Shown here in pieces: positions 1 through 8,641 of a DNA stretch of 64,000 nucleotides. A model generated the notes under the pieces. The model made no database searches and was not told the origin of the DNA. It worked only from the letters and a program-made list of their open reading frames with translations. Numbering within the stretch: the stretch's first letter is position 1; each line of letters starts with the position of its first letter. This DNA is from Candidatus Omnitrophota bacterium (lineage in GTDB: Bacteria > Omnitrophota > Gorgyraeia > Gygaellales > Profunditerraquicolaceae): assembly GCA_023227985.1 (NCBI GenBank), contig JALOCB010000007.1:399-64398 (forward strand), written 5' to 3'. Made by a program: the position numbers and the translations under genes.

Positions 1-333
1 GAAGAGATCAGAGAAGAGGAAAGAAGAGAAGCCCGGTTGAGGGCGGAGCGGATCAAACAGGAAAGATTAGAAGAAGAACGCCTGGCTGCGGAAATCCGTC
101 AAGAAGATGAGCAACTGCTGGAGGAAGAGGCCTCTGTCTATGAAGAAATTGAACAACGAGAAGAAACGGAGATGGAAGCGCCCGTGTATCCTGAAGTCAA
201 AACTTCAAGACAGACAAGGGTGATCAAGGTAAGAGTCGATCCTGATAAGGGTACAAAGAAAAGCGCAGAAGTAAATAGTTGGATGGACAAGATCGAAAGG
301 CTGGATGGTTGGGTTAAGAAAGAAATGTGGTAA
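1..333 (+). CDS. 3' fragment of a hypothetical Glu/Arg-rich (coiled-coil-like) protein; the ORF is open to the window start, so its 5' end is missing
   Basis: Frame 1 is open from nt 1 (EEIREEERREARLRAERIKQERLEEERL...) and stops at 333. The ORF track's start at 37 is only an internal TTG. Confidence 0.4.
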   Translation, partial: EEIREEERREARLRAERIKQERLEEERLAAEIRQEDEQLLEEEASVYEEIEQREETEMEAPVYPEVKTSRQTRVIKVRVDPDKGTKKSAEVNSWMDKIERLDGWVKKEMW

Positions 334-427
334 TATTTGCAGCATATGTTTAGTATATACAAACATACTCAGACATACTCAGACCATATTATAATAATCA
401 TTAAGAACTAATGATAATACTTAAAAT

Positions 428-619
428 ATGATAGGGAATCGGTTATTTACAGCTCAGGAAGTTGCGGAAAAACTTGGCATATCCAAGCAGACTCTGTTCC
501 GCTATGAGAAAAAAGGCGTTTTTCCGAAGGCTCGGCGGAATTTGATCAATCGTTGGCGTTTATATTCCGAGGAAGATGTAAATGCCTTGATTGAGATCAT
601 CAGGGGGAGCGTCGGTTAG
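428..619 (+). CDS. Small helix-turn-helix DNA-binding protein, excisionase/MerR-like HTH_17 family
   Basis: 63 aa. The motif FTAQEVAEKLGISKQTLFRYEKKGVFP...NRWRLYSEEDV matches the AlpA/Xis-type HTH pattern. Confidence 0.55.
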   Translation: MIGNRLFTAQEVAEKLGISKQTLFRYEKKGVFPKARRNLINRWRLYSEEDVNALIEIIRGSVG

Positions 620-687
620 ACCGGGTACTGAACTGTGATGCCAACCAAGACCGGGAATGCCGGTTTTCAGGATGAGTTAAAAAAATC

Positions 688-716
688 TTGACAACGAATG
701 TGGTTATGTTAAACTA
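688..716 (+). promoter_or_regulatory. Candidate sigma70-like promoter for the pilin gene
   Basis: TTGACA at 688-693 with a ~17-nt spacer to TAAACT. An RBS GGAGGTG lies at 727-733, ahead of the ATG at 738. Confidence 0.35.
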
Positions 717-737
717 TTTTCAAAATGGAGGTGTTGG

Positions 738-1136
738 ATGAGGAGAAATAAGGGCTTTACTCTTATTGAGTTGGTGTTGGTAATTGTCATCATTGGTATA
801 TTGGCGGCGGTGGCTATTCCCCGGTTCGTTGATCTTCGGACTGAAGCTGTCAGGGCGCGTTGCCAGTCGGATGTAGGTGCGATCAGGTCTGGGGTATCGT
901 CGTGGTATGCTAAATATCACGCAAGCAATGCTTGCCCTACCGGCGGCACATGTTCTGCGACAGGTTTTCCGGCAGTGGCGGAATTGGGCAATGTCACTTC
1001 GACTTTCGCAGTTTTGACTTTTGCGAATGGGACCTTGCCTGACACCGCAAATATCGTGGGTGCTACCAAGGACTGGTCAAATTATTATAACGAAACAACC
1101 GGCGTAATGGATATAGTAAGCTGTTGCGGAAGCTGA
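738..1136 (+). CDS. Type IV pilin/pseudopilin with an N-terminal prepilin cleavage/methylation motif
   Basis: The N-terminus MRRNKGFTLIELVLVIVIIGILAAVAIP is a canonical class III signal (G|FTLIE). The C-terminal region is Cys-rich and variable. Confidence 0.75.
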   Translation: MRRNKGFTLIELVLVIVIIGILAAVAIPRFVDLRTEAVRARCQSDVGAIRSGVSSWYAKYHASNACPTGGTCSATGFPAVAELGNVTSTFAVLTFANGTLPDTANIVGATKDWSNYYNETTGVMDIVSCCGS

Positions 1137-1161
1137 TCTATAGCGTTAGTAAAGTATCATT

Positions 1162-1203
1162 AAGGCCTTCTGGGTTACAATGCTCAGAAGGCCTTTTTAT
1201 TTA
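1162..1203 (+). terminator. Rho-independent terminator after the pilin gene
   Basis: AAGGCCTTCTG (1162-1172) pairs with CAGAAGGCCTT (1185-1195) and is followed by TTTTTATTT. Confidence 0.7.
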
Positions 1204-1267
1204 AAGTTATTTTTATTCTAACCATCGGGATAAAAATAGGTTATAACTAAGAAATCCAGGATTTTGC

Positions 1268-1295
1268 TTGACATAATATTGTGAGGATTTATAAT
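1268..1295 (+). promoter_or_regulatory. Candidate sigma70-like promoter of the chemotaxis operon
   Basis: TTGACA (1268-1273), a 16-nt spacer, then TATAAT (1290-1295). A ~110-nt leader with CCGGTAT direct repeats follows before cheC at 1406. Confidence 0.5.
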
Positions 1296-1405
1296 TTTTA
1301 AGAGAGATACTGCGTGTTGACCGCGGCGCCGGTATACTGGTATGTCCGGTATCGTGCCGGCAGGTTTTATTGATAGAGGCGTTAAATAATATCATAAAAT
1401 AAATT

Positions 1406-2014
1406 ATGGCCGATATGAATTTCACCGATATCCAGAAAGACGCATTGCAGGAGATCGGAAATATCTGCGCCGGCAACGCAGCTACCGCCCTGTCGCAGTT
1501 ATTGGATAGGCCTATAAATATAGTTGTTCCCCGTATCCTTTTCCTGCCTATAGAAGATGTCCCCAAGGCGGTCGGCGGAAGCGAGAAGCTTGTCGTTGGG
1601 CTTATGCTGCGGGTTTTCGGCGACTTGCCCAGCAATATAGTCTTCATATTCTCTCAAAGGGACGCGATGATCCTGGCGTCTCTTGTTACCGGAAAACCTG
1701 TATCTGAATCAACCGTTATATCCGAGATGGAGCGCTCGGCCCTGAAAGAGATCGGGGTTATCCTGGCTAACGCTTATTTAGGGGCCCTGGGGAGCTTTGT
1801 CGGCCTCGGCCTTGTGCCTACCGTTCCGGAGTTGATAATGGATATGGCCGGGGCTATCCTGGATTACCTGCTGATTGAATTAAGCTGTAAGTCGGAATTC
1901 GCTTTATTGGTGGAATCCGAACTGCATGAACCCGTAGCCTCGGTGACCGGGCATTTTTTCCTTATTCCCGATCCGGCGGGCATGGAGCTTATTACCAGGG
2001 CCATAGGCAAATAG
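1406..2014 (+). CDS. cheC: CheC-family chemotaxis phosphatase (paralog 1)
   Basis: DALQEIGNICAGNAATALSQLL matches the CheC signature (E-IGN-x-G-x-AATAL). It is 202 aa with a second repeat in the C-terminal half. Confidence 0.75.
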   Translation: MADMNFTDIQKDALQEIGNICAGNAATALSQLLDRPINIVVPRILFLPIEDVPKAVGGSEKLVVGLMLRVFGDLPSNIVFIFSQRDAMILASLVTGKPVSESTVISEMERSALKEIGVILANAYLGALGSFVGLGLVPTVPELIMDMAGAILDYLLIELSCKSEFALLVESELHEPVASVTGHFFLIPDPAGMELITRAIGK

Positions 2015-2064
2015 CCGCGTTTATTTTATAAAACAAGCAATATTAAACAAGAAAGATCCAACTT

Positions 2065-4056
2065 ATGCAAGATAGTTACCGGGAACTATTCCTTTCCGAA
2101 TCGCAGGAGTACTTGAGTAATATCAGCAGTTGCCTGGTGAAGCTTGAAGAAAAACCTTCTGATCCGTCTTCGATAAACGAGATCTTCCGCTGCGTGCATA
2201 CCCTTAAAGGAATGTCCGCCACCATGGGCTATGAAAAACTGACCACATTGTCCCATGAGATGGAAGACCTTCTTGACGAGCTGCGCAATAAGAAACAGGA
2301 GCTTAGTCCCGAGATTATGGACACATTATTTGCGGCGGTGGACATTCTGGAACAATTATTCACAGAGATAAAGGGAAAGAAGGAATCGGTCCTGGATATA
2401 TCCGAGATCGGCAATACCTTGAAAAGCTTTCTTGCGGAGAATCAGCGAAATAAACCCAGAGGAAAAGGAAAGGGCGCGGTAGTTGCCCCTGTCAAGGATT
2501 TTACCGAATTCGAGCTTAAAAAGCTCAAAGACTCGAAATCAAAGAAATTAAACGTGTTTAATGTGCGGATAAACCTGAGCAAGGATTGCGCGCTGAAGGA
2601 AGCCCGGGCATTCCTGGTGATCACTAACCTGAAGCGGTTCGGGGAGATAATTTCGACCCAGCCTTCGATAGAAGACCTTAAGGCGGGTAATTTCGAGTAT
2701 TCGTTTACGGCAATGTTTTCCAGCAAAGAAGATTCCGGGATAGTGCGCCAGGAATTGATGAATATATCGGAAGTAGACGAGGTGAGTATCTCCTCCCAGG
2801 ACCTCTCCGGAACTGGTCCTTCCGATGGTAAACAGGGGCAGCCGTCAGCGGCAAATCATCCGGCTAACGCCCCGGCGGCCGGGCCTGTTTATGTAAAGAA
2901 GATACAGAGCATGCGCATTCCGGTGGAACGGTTGGATAAGATCATGAACCTGATGGGTGAGCTGTCGATCGCCAAAATCCGGCTGGTGCAAATAGTCCAG
3001 ACATATAAGCTGGAGCCTCTTGAAGAAGTCGGTTTTTCCCTTGACCGCCTGATCTCCGCCTTGCAGGATGAAGTCATGCAGACCAGGCTTTTGCCTGTAG
3101 CGTATATACTTGACGCTTTCCCGCGGGTAGTCAGGGATGTGGCAAAGAAGCAAGGCAAGGATGTGGAACTGGAGATATTGGGCGGCGAGATAGAGCTGGA
3201 TCGTATGGTCCTGGATGAGATGAGCGATCCCCTTTTGCACTTGGTAAGAAATGCCGTGGACCATGGGCTGGAGACATCGGAAGAGAGAAAGAAGAATAAC
3301 AAAGACCCCCGCGGTAAGCTTACTATACAGGTGAGCCGCCAAAGGGGACAGATCTATATAGAAGTTATTGATGACGGTCAAGGGATTGATTTTGAGGCTG
3401 TCTGCAAAATCGCTATAAGTAAAGGTTTGGTCACCCCGGAAGAAACAGCGGAAATGGATGAAAAAAAGGTCCTGGACCTGATAACCATGCCGGGATTTTC
3501 CACCGCCAAGGCCATAACCGATATCTCCGGCCGCGGGGTAGGGTTGGATGTGGTAAAATCCAAGATTGAAGCTTTAGGCGGCAGGGTGGATTTTGAGACG
3601 AAAAAAGGCGAAGGCAGCCGGTTTATCCTGACATTACCTCTGACATTGGCTATCATCAAAGCGATGTTAGTCAAGGTGGAAGAAGAAATATTCGCCATCC
3701 CCCTGATGAATATCCGGGAAACTATAAAGATAAGGACTGACGAGCTTAGATATCTGCAGAACTTTGAAGTGGTCAAGGTAAGGGAAGAGGTTATCCCGGT
3801 GATCAGGCTGAATAAAGAACTGGGAATAAGCAGCGCGAAGGTCGCAAGTGAAGAATCCGACGACCGGGTATCCCTGGTTATCGTGGAATATGGAAAGAAG
3901 GCTTTGGGTTTGGTGGTTTCGCAGGTTTTGGGAGAGCAGGATATAGCTGTTAAACCGCTTGGCTCTTTAGTCAAGCGCACCAAAGGTATTGCCGGCGCGA
4001 CTATACTGGGCGACGGGAGGGTGGCTTTGATCCTGGATATAATGAGCCTGCGTTAA
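2065..4056 (+). CDS. cheA: Chemotaxis histidine kinase CheA
   Basis: An Hpt domain (FRCVHTLKGMSATMGY), dimerization and HATPase domains (DDGQGID, GRGVGLDVVK), and a C-terminal CheW-like domain. 663 aa. Confidence 0.9.
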   Translation: MQDSYRELFLSESQEYLSNISSCLVKLEEKPSDPSSINEIFRCVHTLKGMSATMGYEKLTTLSHEMEDLLDELRNKKQELSPEIMDTLFAAVDILEQLFTEIKGKKESVLDISEIGNTLKSFLAENQRNKPRGKGKGAVVAPVKDFTEFELKKLKDSKSKKLNVFNVRINLSKDCALKEARAFLVITNLKRFGEIISTQPSIEDLKAGNFEYSFTAMFSSKEDSGIVRQELMNISEVDEVSISSQDLSGTGPSDGKQGQPSAANHPANAPAAGPVYVKKIQSMRIPVERLDKIMNLMGELSIAKIRLVQIVQTYKLEPLEEVGFSLDRLISALQDEVMQTRLLPVAYILDAFPRVVRDVAKKQGKDVELEILGGEIELDRMVLDEMSDPLLHLVRNAVDHGLETSEERKKNNKDPRGKLTIQVSRQRGQIYIEVIDDGQGIDFEAVCKIAISKGLVTPEETAEMDEKKVLDLITMPGFSTAKAITDISGRGVGLDVVKSKIEALGGRVDFETKKGEGSRFILTLPLTLAIIKAMLVKVEEEIFAIPLMNIRETIKIRTDELRYLQNFEVVKVREEVIPVIRLNKELGISSAKVASEESDDRVSLVIVEYGKKALGLVVSQVLGEQDIAVKPLGSLVKRTKGIAGATILGDGRVALILDIMSLR

Positions 4057-4102
4057 ACGCGCTAAGCCAGCGCATCCCGGCCTGATCCTGGAGGATATCA
4101 TT

Positions 4103-4723
4103 ATGGAAAAGCTCAATTTAGGCAACGAACAGTTGGATCTTTTTAAAGAAATAGGGTCGATCGGCGGAGGCAACGCCGCTACCGCCCTAAGCCAGATATT
4201 GGCAAGCAAGGTCACCATATCCGTTCCCCAGGTTAAACTCGTCAGCTCCGAAGCGGTGACTAATTCTGAGTTTCAGATCGAGCCTGAAGAGGTCGGCCTG
4301 GCTATTGATTTTAAGATCCTGGGCGCCCTGCAGGGAGGGATGGTCATATTGTTCTCCCAGAAGAGCGCTCTTTTAATGATCGATATCTTGTTGAAGAAAA
4401 AGATAGGCTCGACCCAATTGATAAACCTGATGGAGGCGTCGGCGCTGTCCGAGGTATCGCACATAATCTCGGGAAGTTATATAAACGCGGTGGGGGAATT
4501 ACTGGAACTGCATCAATTGATACCATCCATCCCCCGGACGATAGTCGACCGTATGGACCGGTTGAACAAGCTGTTGATCAGAAGGTTATCCGATGACAGC
4601 TCAGGTTATCTTCTTCCAATAGAGAATAATCTCGTCATAGAGGATATTAAGGTCGATCTGTTCGTAATATTCCTCCTGGAACAGGAAAGCATAAGGAAGG
4701 TGCTTAAATTAAGCGGTTTATGA
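4103..4723 (+). CDS. cheC: CheC-family phosphatase (paralog 2)
   Basis: LDLFKEIGSIGGGNAATALSQIL. 206 aa. Its stop overlaps the next ATG (ATGA). Confidence 0.7.
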   Translation: MEKLNLGNEQLDLFKEIGSIGGGNAATALSQILASKVTISVPQVKLVSSEAVTNSEFQIEPEEVGLAIDFKILGALQGGMVILFSQKSALLMIDILLKKKIGSTQLINLMEASALSEVSHIISGSYINAVGELLELHQLIPSIPRTIVDRMDRLNKLLIRRLSDDSSGYLLPIENNLVIEDIKVDLFVIFLLEQESIRKVLKLSGL

Positions 4724-6861
4724 AAGAACAAATATTCGCTTTAGATATCGGCACGCGAAAGGTCATGGGAATTGTCGCTCAGAGATGCGAGGATTCTCTG
4801 GAGATAATCGACGCCGAGGTTATCGAACATGTTGCCCGGCCTATGCTGGACGGCCAGATCCACAGCATTGAAGAAGTGGCCAGGACAGTAAAAAAGATCA
4901 AGGAACGGCTGGAATCCCGGTTGAGCAAAAAACTTGATAAGGTCGGTGTCGCCGTCGCCGGCAGGAACCTGTTGACTTATAAAAGCAGGGTAAAACGCGA
5001 TTTCCCGGCCCATGAGGAGATAACCCCGGATATTATCCGCGACCTGGAGCTGGAAGCGATAGACAAGATAAATACTGATTCGGGTAAGGACCTTTCAGAA
5101 TTCTATTGTGTGGGTTACAGCCCGGTTTATCATGAGCTCGACGGAAACAGGATAAATAACCCTGTCGGCCACAGAGCCCGTTCGATAGCTGCCGAGGTGA
5201 TCGTAACGTTTCTTCCCCGGCTGGTGCTGGACAGTATATTTGCGGTCTTGAAGAAAGCCAATCTTGAAGGGACTAATATAACCCTTGAGCCTATTTCCGC
5301 TATTAACGCGATAATTCCCGCGGAGATGCGCAATTTGAATATAATCCTGGTGGATATCGGAGCCGGGACCTCGGATATGGCCCTGGCTAAGGATGGGATG
5401 GTTTTTGCTTTCGGTATGGTCCCTGAGGCCGGTGATGAAATAACCGAATTCATATCGGAAAATCTGCTTGCGGATTTTTCGACTGCCGAGCGGATCAAAA
5501 GGTCTATTCAATCCGACGGCGCCATCGAATATCAGGATATCTGGAACCGGCCCAGGTGCATAGATTCCGCCACGTTCAGAGAAACAATTGTCCCGGCAGT
5601 AAAAAAACTTGCCGGCTCTGTATCCAGCGCGTGCCTTGATCTCAACGCCGGACTGCCGCAGGCGATAGTCCTGGTCGGCGGAGGCAGCATGACTTGCGGT
5701 TTGATCGAAGAGCTGGCTTTAAGCATTGGGCTGCCGCCTTACAAGATAGGAATACGCCTGCCTGAACTGATAAAAGGCGTTAAGGATAAAACCGGAAAAT
5801 TGAGCGGCCCGGAGGCGGTAACCCCTATCGGTATCGCCCTGATGACCGATAGATCCCAGGGATTGAGGTTCATCCACGCCGAGGTTAATCATAAGAAAAT
5901 AATTATGCTGGATTTTCAGCAGAAAAAAGATATAATGGGAGCACTTACTTTGTCCGGGGTGGTGAACGAAAAAAGGCTCTATCCTCATCCGGGGCTGGCC
6001 CTTACAGCTAAAGTAAACGGCCAATTAAAGGTTATAAAGGGGACGATGGGATGCCCCGCCAAGATATTGCTTAACGGCAAACCGATAAATTCGCTGGCGG
6101 ACAAGATCGAGGACGGGGACAAAATAACTTTTGAAGAGGCGCTTAACGGCACGGATGCCTCGGCAATTGTTTCGGATGTAGCGGATATCAACAAGGTCCG
6201 CTGTATTTTCAACAACGAGATAATCGAAGTGGCGCCGAGTGTTTTTGTCGAAGGCGAGGCCGCGGCCCTGGACGCGCCGGTTGCTGACCGGGCCAGTATA
6301 ACTGTTTCCGCGGTTACCGCCAGAGAGGTGTTGAGGTCCAGGGGGGTTAGCCTTGAGTCTTTGAGCGAGAGGCAGATATTGATAAACCTTAACAGTTCTC
6401 CGAAGATATTGACACAGCGTAATTTTTCCCTTAGCCTTAATAAAGAGGCTTGCGGCGTGGATACGCTGGTAAAGCCGAATGATATAGTCGAATTTTCCTC
6501 CCACACCCCGACCGCTTACCGGATAAAGGATGTGGTGGAATTCCCGAAAGACTTTGAAAGGATACGCATAAAGGTCGATGACAGGGATATCGAGGTTATC
6601 CTGGATACTATCCAGGTTTTTATGAACGGCCGCCAGGTGCAGCCGGAAGAGTTCCTGATCGACGGGGCGGATATCCAGGTGTACCAGACCAAGGAGCGCA
6701 AGGTCCTGCTTTCCGAGATTTTTCGGTATATAGATGTCCAGCCGCAAAAAGTTTACGGCAAAAGGATCAAGCTGTTCGTCGATGACATTCCGGCAGGGTT
6801 TACCACGCCTTTGACCGACGGTTCGAGGGTCAGGATACTTTTTGAAGACAGGGACGGATAA
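4720..6861 (+). CDS. FtsA/actin-fold ATPase-like protein (N-terminal ~380 aa) fused to a ~330-aa C-terminal region of tandem beta-grasp-like repeats. Its function is unknown and it is embedded in the che operon.
   Basis: Phosphate-1 motif ALDIGTRKVMGIV. Phosphate-2 motif LVDIGAGTSDMALA (compare FtsA VVDIGGGTMDIAV). Adenosine motif AIVLVGGGSMTCGL. C-terminal repeats carry NG+x...L.DGDxI signatures. It is translationally coupled to cheC. Confidence 0.55.
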   Translation: MKEQIFALDIGTRKVMGIVAQRCEDSLEIIDAEVIEHVARPMLDGQIHSIEEVARTVKKIKERLESRLSKKLDKVGVAVAGRNLLTYKSRVKRDFPAHEEITPDIIRDLELEAIDKINTDSGKDLSEFYCVGYSPVYHELDGNRINNPVGHRARSIAAEVIVTFLPRLVLDSIFAVLKKANLEGTNITLEPISAINAIIPAEMRNLNIILVDIGAGTSDMALAKDGMVFAFGMVPEAGDEITEFISENLLADFSTAERIKRSIQSDGAIEYQDIWNRPRCIDSATFRETIVPAVKKLAGSVSSACLDLNAGLPQAIVLVGGGSMTCGLIEELALSIGLPPYKIGIRLPELIKGVKDKTGKLSGPEAVTPIGIALMTDRSQGLRFIHAEVNHKKIIMLDFQQKKDIMGALTLSGVVNEKRLYPHPGLALTAKVNGQLKVIKGTMGCPAKILLNGKPINSLADKIEDGDKITFEEALNGTDASAIVSDVADINKVRCIFNNEIIEVAPSVFVEGEAAALDAPVADRASITVSAVTAREVLRSRGVSLESLSERQILINLNSSPKILTQRNFSLSLNKEACGVDTLVKPNDIVEFSSHTPTAYRIKDVVEFPKDFERIRIKVDDRDIEVILDTIQVFMNGRQVQPEEFLIDGADIQVYQTKERKVLLSEIFRYIDVQPQKVYGKRIKLFVDDIPAGFTTPLTDGSRVRILFEDRDG

Positions 6862-7090
6862 TTTACACCCGGCACAATCGGAATACGTGCCGGTGTTGCG
6901 TTTCTAGTATTTACACCCGGCACAATGGCATCCGACTTTAGTGCACCTGACTTTATCGGAAAAGTCAGTGTGTGTTTGTACACAAGAATAAGTCGGTATC
7001 CGCCTCGGGGCGGAGAATATGCACCGGTGTCGCGTTTTTAGTATTTACACCCGGTGCAATCGGAATATGCACCGGTGTCGCATACGTATG
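6862..7090. repeat. Cluster of ~34-bp palindromic hairpin repeats (REP-like): copies at 6865-6898 and 7047-7080, plus a third copy split into halves at 6913-6926 and 7015-7032 by an 88-bp hairpin-rich insert
   Basis: ACACCCGG-YRC-AATCGGAATAY-GYR-CCGGTGTYG with the flank TTT...CGTTTYTAGTA. Stem bases covary (CAC/GTG versus TGC/GCA). Confidence 0.6.
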
Positions 7091-7105
7091 CGAGGAGGGA
7101 TAACG

Positions 7106-7369
7106 ATGAAGATCCAGAATTATATGGAAGATGTGGTTCAGGAAGAACTGGAATTGCTTCTTGCCGAGAGGGATGATATCTGTAAATGCCAGAAATGCAA
7201 GTTCGATATGATGGTTTGGACCCTGAACAGGCTGCCTCCGAAATACGTTATCACTAATAGGGGCCGGTTATATACAAAGCTCAAGGAACAGGAGATACAA
7301 TTCAAGGCGGACGTGGTCAAGGAACTCACTAAAGCAATCGAATATATCGGGAAAAACCCGCAGCATTGA
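7106..7369 (+). CDS. comFB: ComFB-family (late competence ComFB / CdgR-like) small protein
   Basis: 87 aa starting at MKIQNYMED after the RBS GAGGAGG. The conserved Cys cluster is DICKCQKCKFDMMVWTLNRLPPKYV. The ORF track's upstream extension lies inside the repeat region. Confidence 0.55.
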   Translation: MKIQNYMEDVVQEELELLLAERDDICKCQKCKFDMMVWTLNRLPPKYVITNRGRLYTKLKEQEIQFKADVVKELTKAIEYIGKNPQH

Positions 7370-7377
7370 GCACCAGT

Positions 7378-8205
7378 ATGGCAGATATTACGGATAAGGG
7401 GAAATATACCGAAGAAGATCTGAAGAAAGCGCTTAAATTTATAAGCGAGCGCCGGGGCATCGACTTGTGTTCTTACCGGCAGAACTTTGTTTTTCGCCAT
7501 CTGCGTTCCCGGCTGCAGGATGTCAATGTAGCCAGCGGGGCTGAATATGTGGAGTACATCAAGGCGAATCCGGATGAAATAGATGTTTTTATGGATGCCT
7601 TGTCCATAAGCGTTACGCATTTCTTCCGGGATTCCGATGTTTTTGAATCATTCCGGAAAAACGTCATTCCCGCTGTAATGAAACGCAAGGAGGGCGCGGA
7701 ACAAAAGATGATCCGGATGTGGTCGGCGGGCTGCGCCACCGGACAGGAGGCTTATTCCATAGCCATATTGATGCAGGAAGCCCTGGCCGGAAGAAACGAT
7801 TATCTGGTTAAGATCTGGGCCACTGACATAGATATGGACGCGATCGAAAAGGCGAAAAAAGGAGAGTACGAACTGCGCGATTTCCGGGAGATGGAAAGAA
7901 AATACCGGGATAAATATTTCGAGCAAAAAGGGGACAAGCTCTTTCTGAAAGACGAGATTAAGCGTATGGTCAGGTTCGAACGGGTAAACCTGATCACCGA
8001 CCCGGGGCTTAAATTCATGGATGTGATCTTCTGCCGCAACGTGATGATCTATTTTAACCGTCAGCAGCAGGAGGAGCTTTTTAAGAAGTTCCATCAGGCC
8101 CTTAATATTAAAGGGTATCTGGTAGTGGCAAAGGTGGAGACGATATGGGACAAGGATCAATTCGTCCCTATAGACCCACCGCAGAAGATATACCAGAAGA
8201 TTTAA
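7378..8205 (+). CDS. cheR: Chemotaxis protein methyltransferase CheR
   Basis: An N-terminal CheR all-alpha domain and a SAM-methyltransferase fold (WSAGCATGQEAYSIAILM). The alternative TTG start at 7366 overlaps the comFB stop. Confidence 0.85.
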   Translation: MADITDKGKYTEEDLKKALKFISERRGIDLCSYRQNFVFRHLRSRLQDVNVASGAEYVEYIKANPDEIDVFMDALSISVTHFFRDSDVFESFRKNVIPAVMKRKEGAEQKMIRMWSAGCATGQEAYSIAILMQEALAGRNDYLVKIWATDIDMDAIEKAKKGEYELRDFREMERKYRDKYFEQKGDKLFLKDEIKRMVRFERVNLITDPGLKFMDVIFCRNVMIYFNRQQQEELFKKFHQALNIKGYLVVAKVETIWDKDQFVPIDPPQKIYQKI

Positions 8206-8269
8206 CCGGTATAAGCCCGGCCGGGTTTGTCAAGCGCTATCGTTTATAAAAATGAAAAGGGAGGTAGAA

Positions 8270-8641
8270 ATGGCAAGAGTTTTAGTTGTTGACGACGCGT
8301 TGTTCATGCGCAGGATGCTTTCCGATATCCTCAAAAAAGAGGGGATCGAGATATGCGGGGAAGCCGAGAATGGCAAGGATGCCATATCCAAATACCAGGA
8401 ATTCAAGCCCGACCTGGTTACTATGGATATCGTTATGCCCAGGATCGAAGAGATCGACGGTATAGGCGCGGTCAAAGAGATCATCAAGGCTGACCCTCAG
8501 GCCAAGATCATTATGGTCTCGGCCATGGGCCAGCATTCGCTGGTAGTGGAGGCCATTCAGGCAGGTGCAAAGGACTTTGTTACCAAACCGTTTCAGCCTT
8601 CCAGGGTAATCGAAGCTGTAAAGAGGGCCTTAGGCGGTTGA
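8270..8641 (+). CDS. cheY: Chemotaxis response regulator CheY
   Basis: A single-domain receiver (VLVVDDALFMRRML...DLVTMDIVMP...K near the C-terminus). An RBS GGGAGG precedes the ATG at 8270. Confidence 0.85.
   Translation: MARVLVVDDALFMRRMLSDILKKEGIEICGEAENGKDAISKYQEFKPDLVTMDIVMPRIEEIDGIGAVKEIIKADPQAKIIMVSAMGQHSLVVEAIQAGAKDFVTKPFQPSRVIEAVKRALGG

Noticed and set aside
428-1136. The excisionase-like HTH gene and adjacent pilin read as the edge of a prophage or integrative element.
   Set aside because: There is no integrase, tRNA or att-like direct repeats in the window, and the downstream che operon looks chromosomal. There is too little evidence.
2229-4218. Multiple 60-200-aa reverse-strand ORFs inside cheA and other long genes (e.g. 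2845-3381, 3378-3983).
   Set aside because: They are fully antisense to strongly supported genes and compositionally biased. They are typical shadow ORFs.
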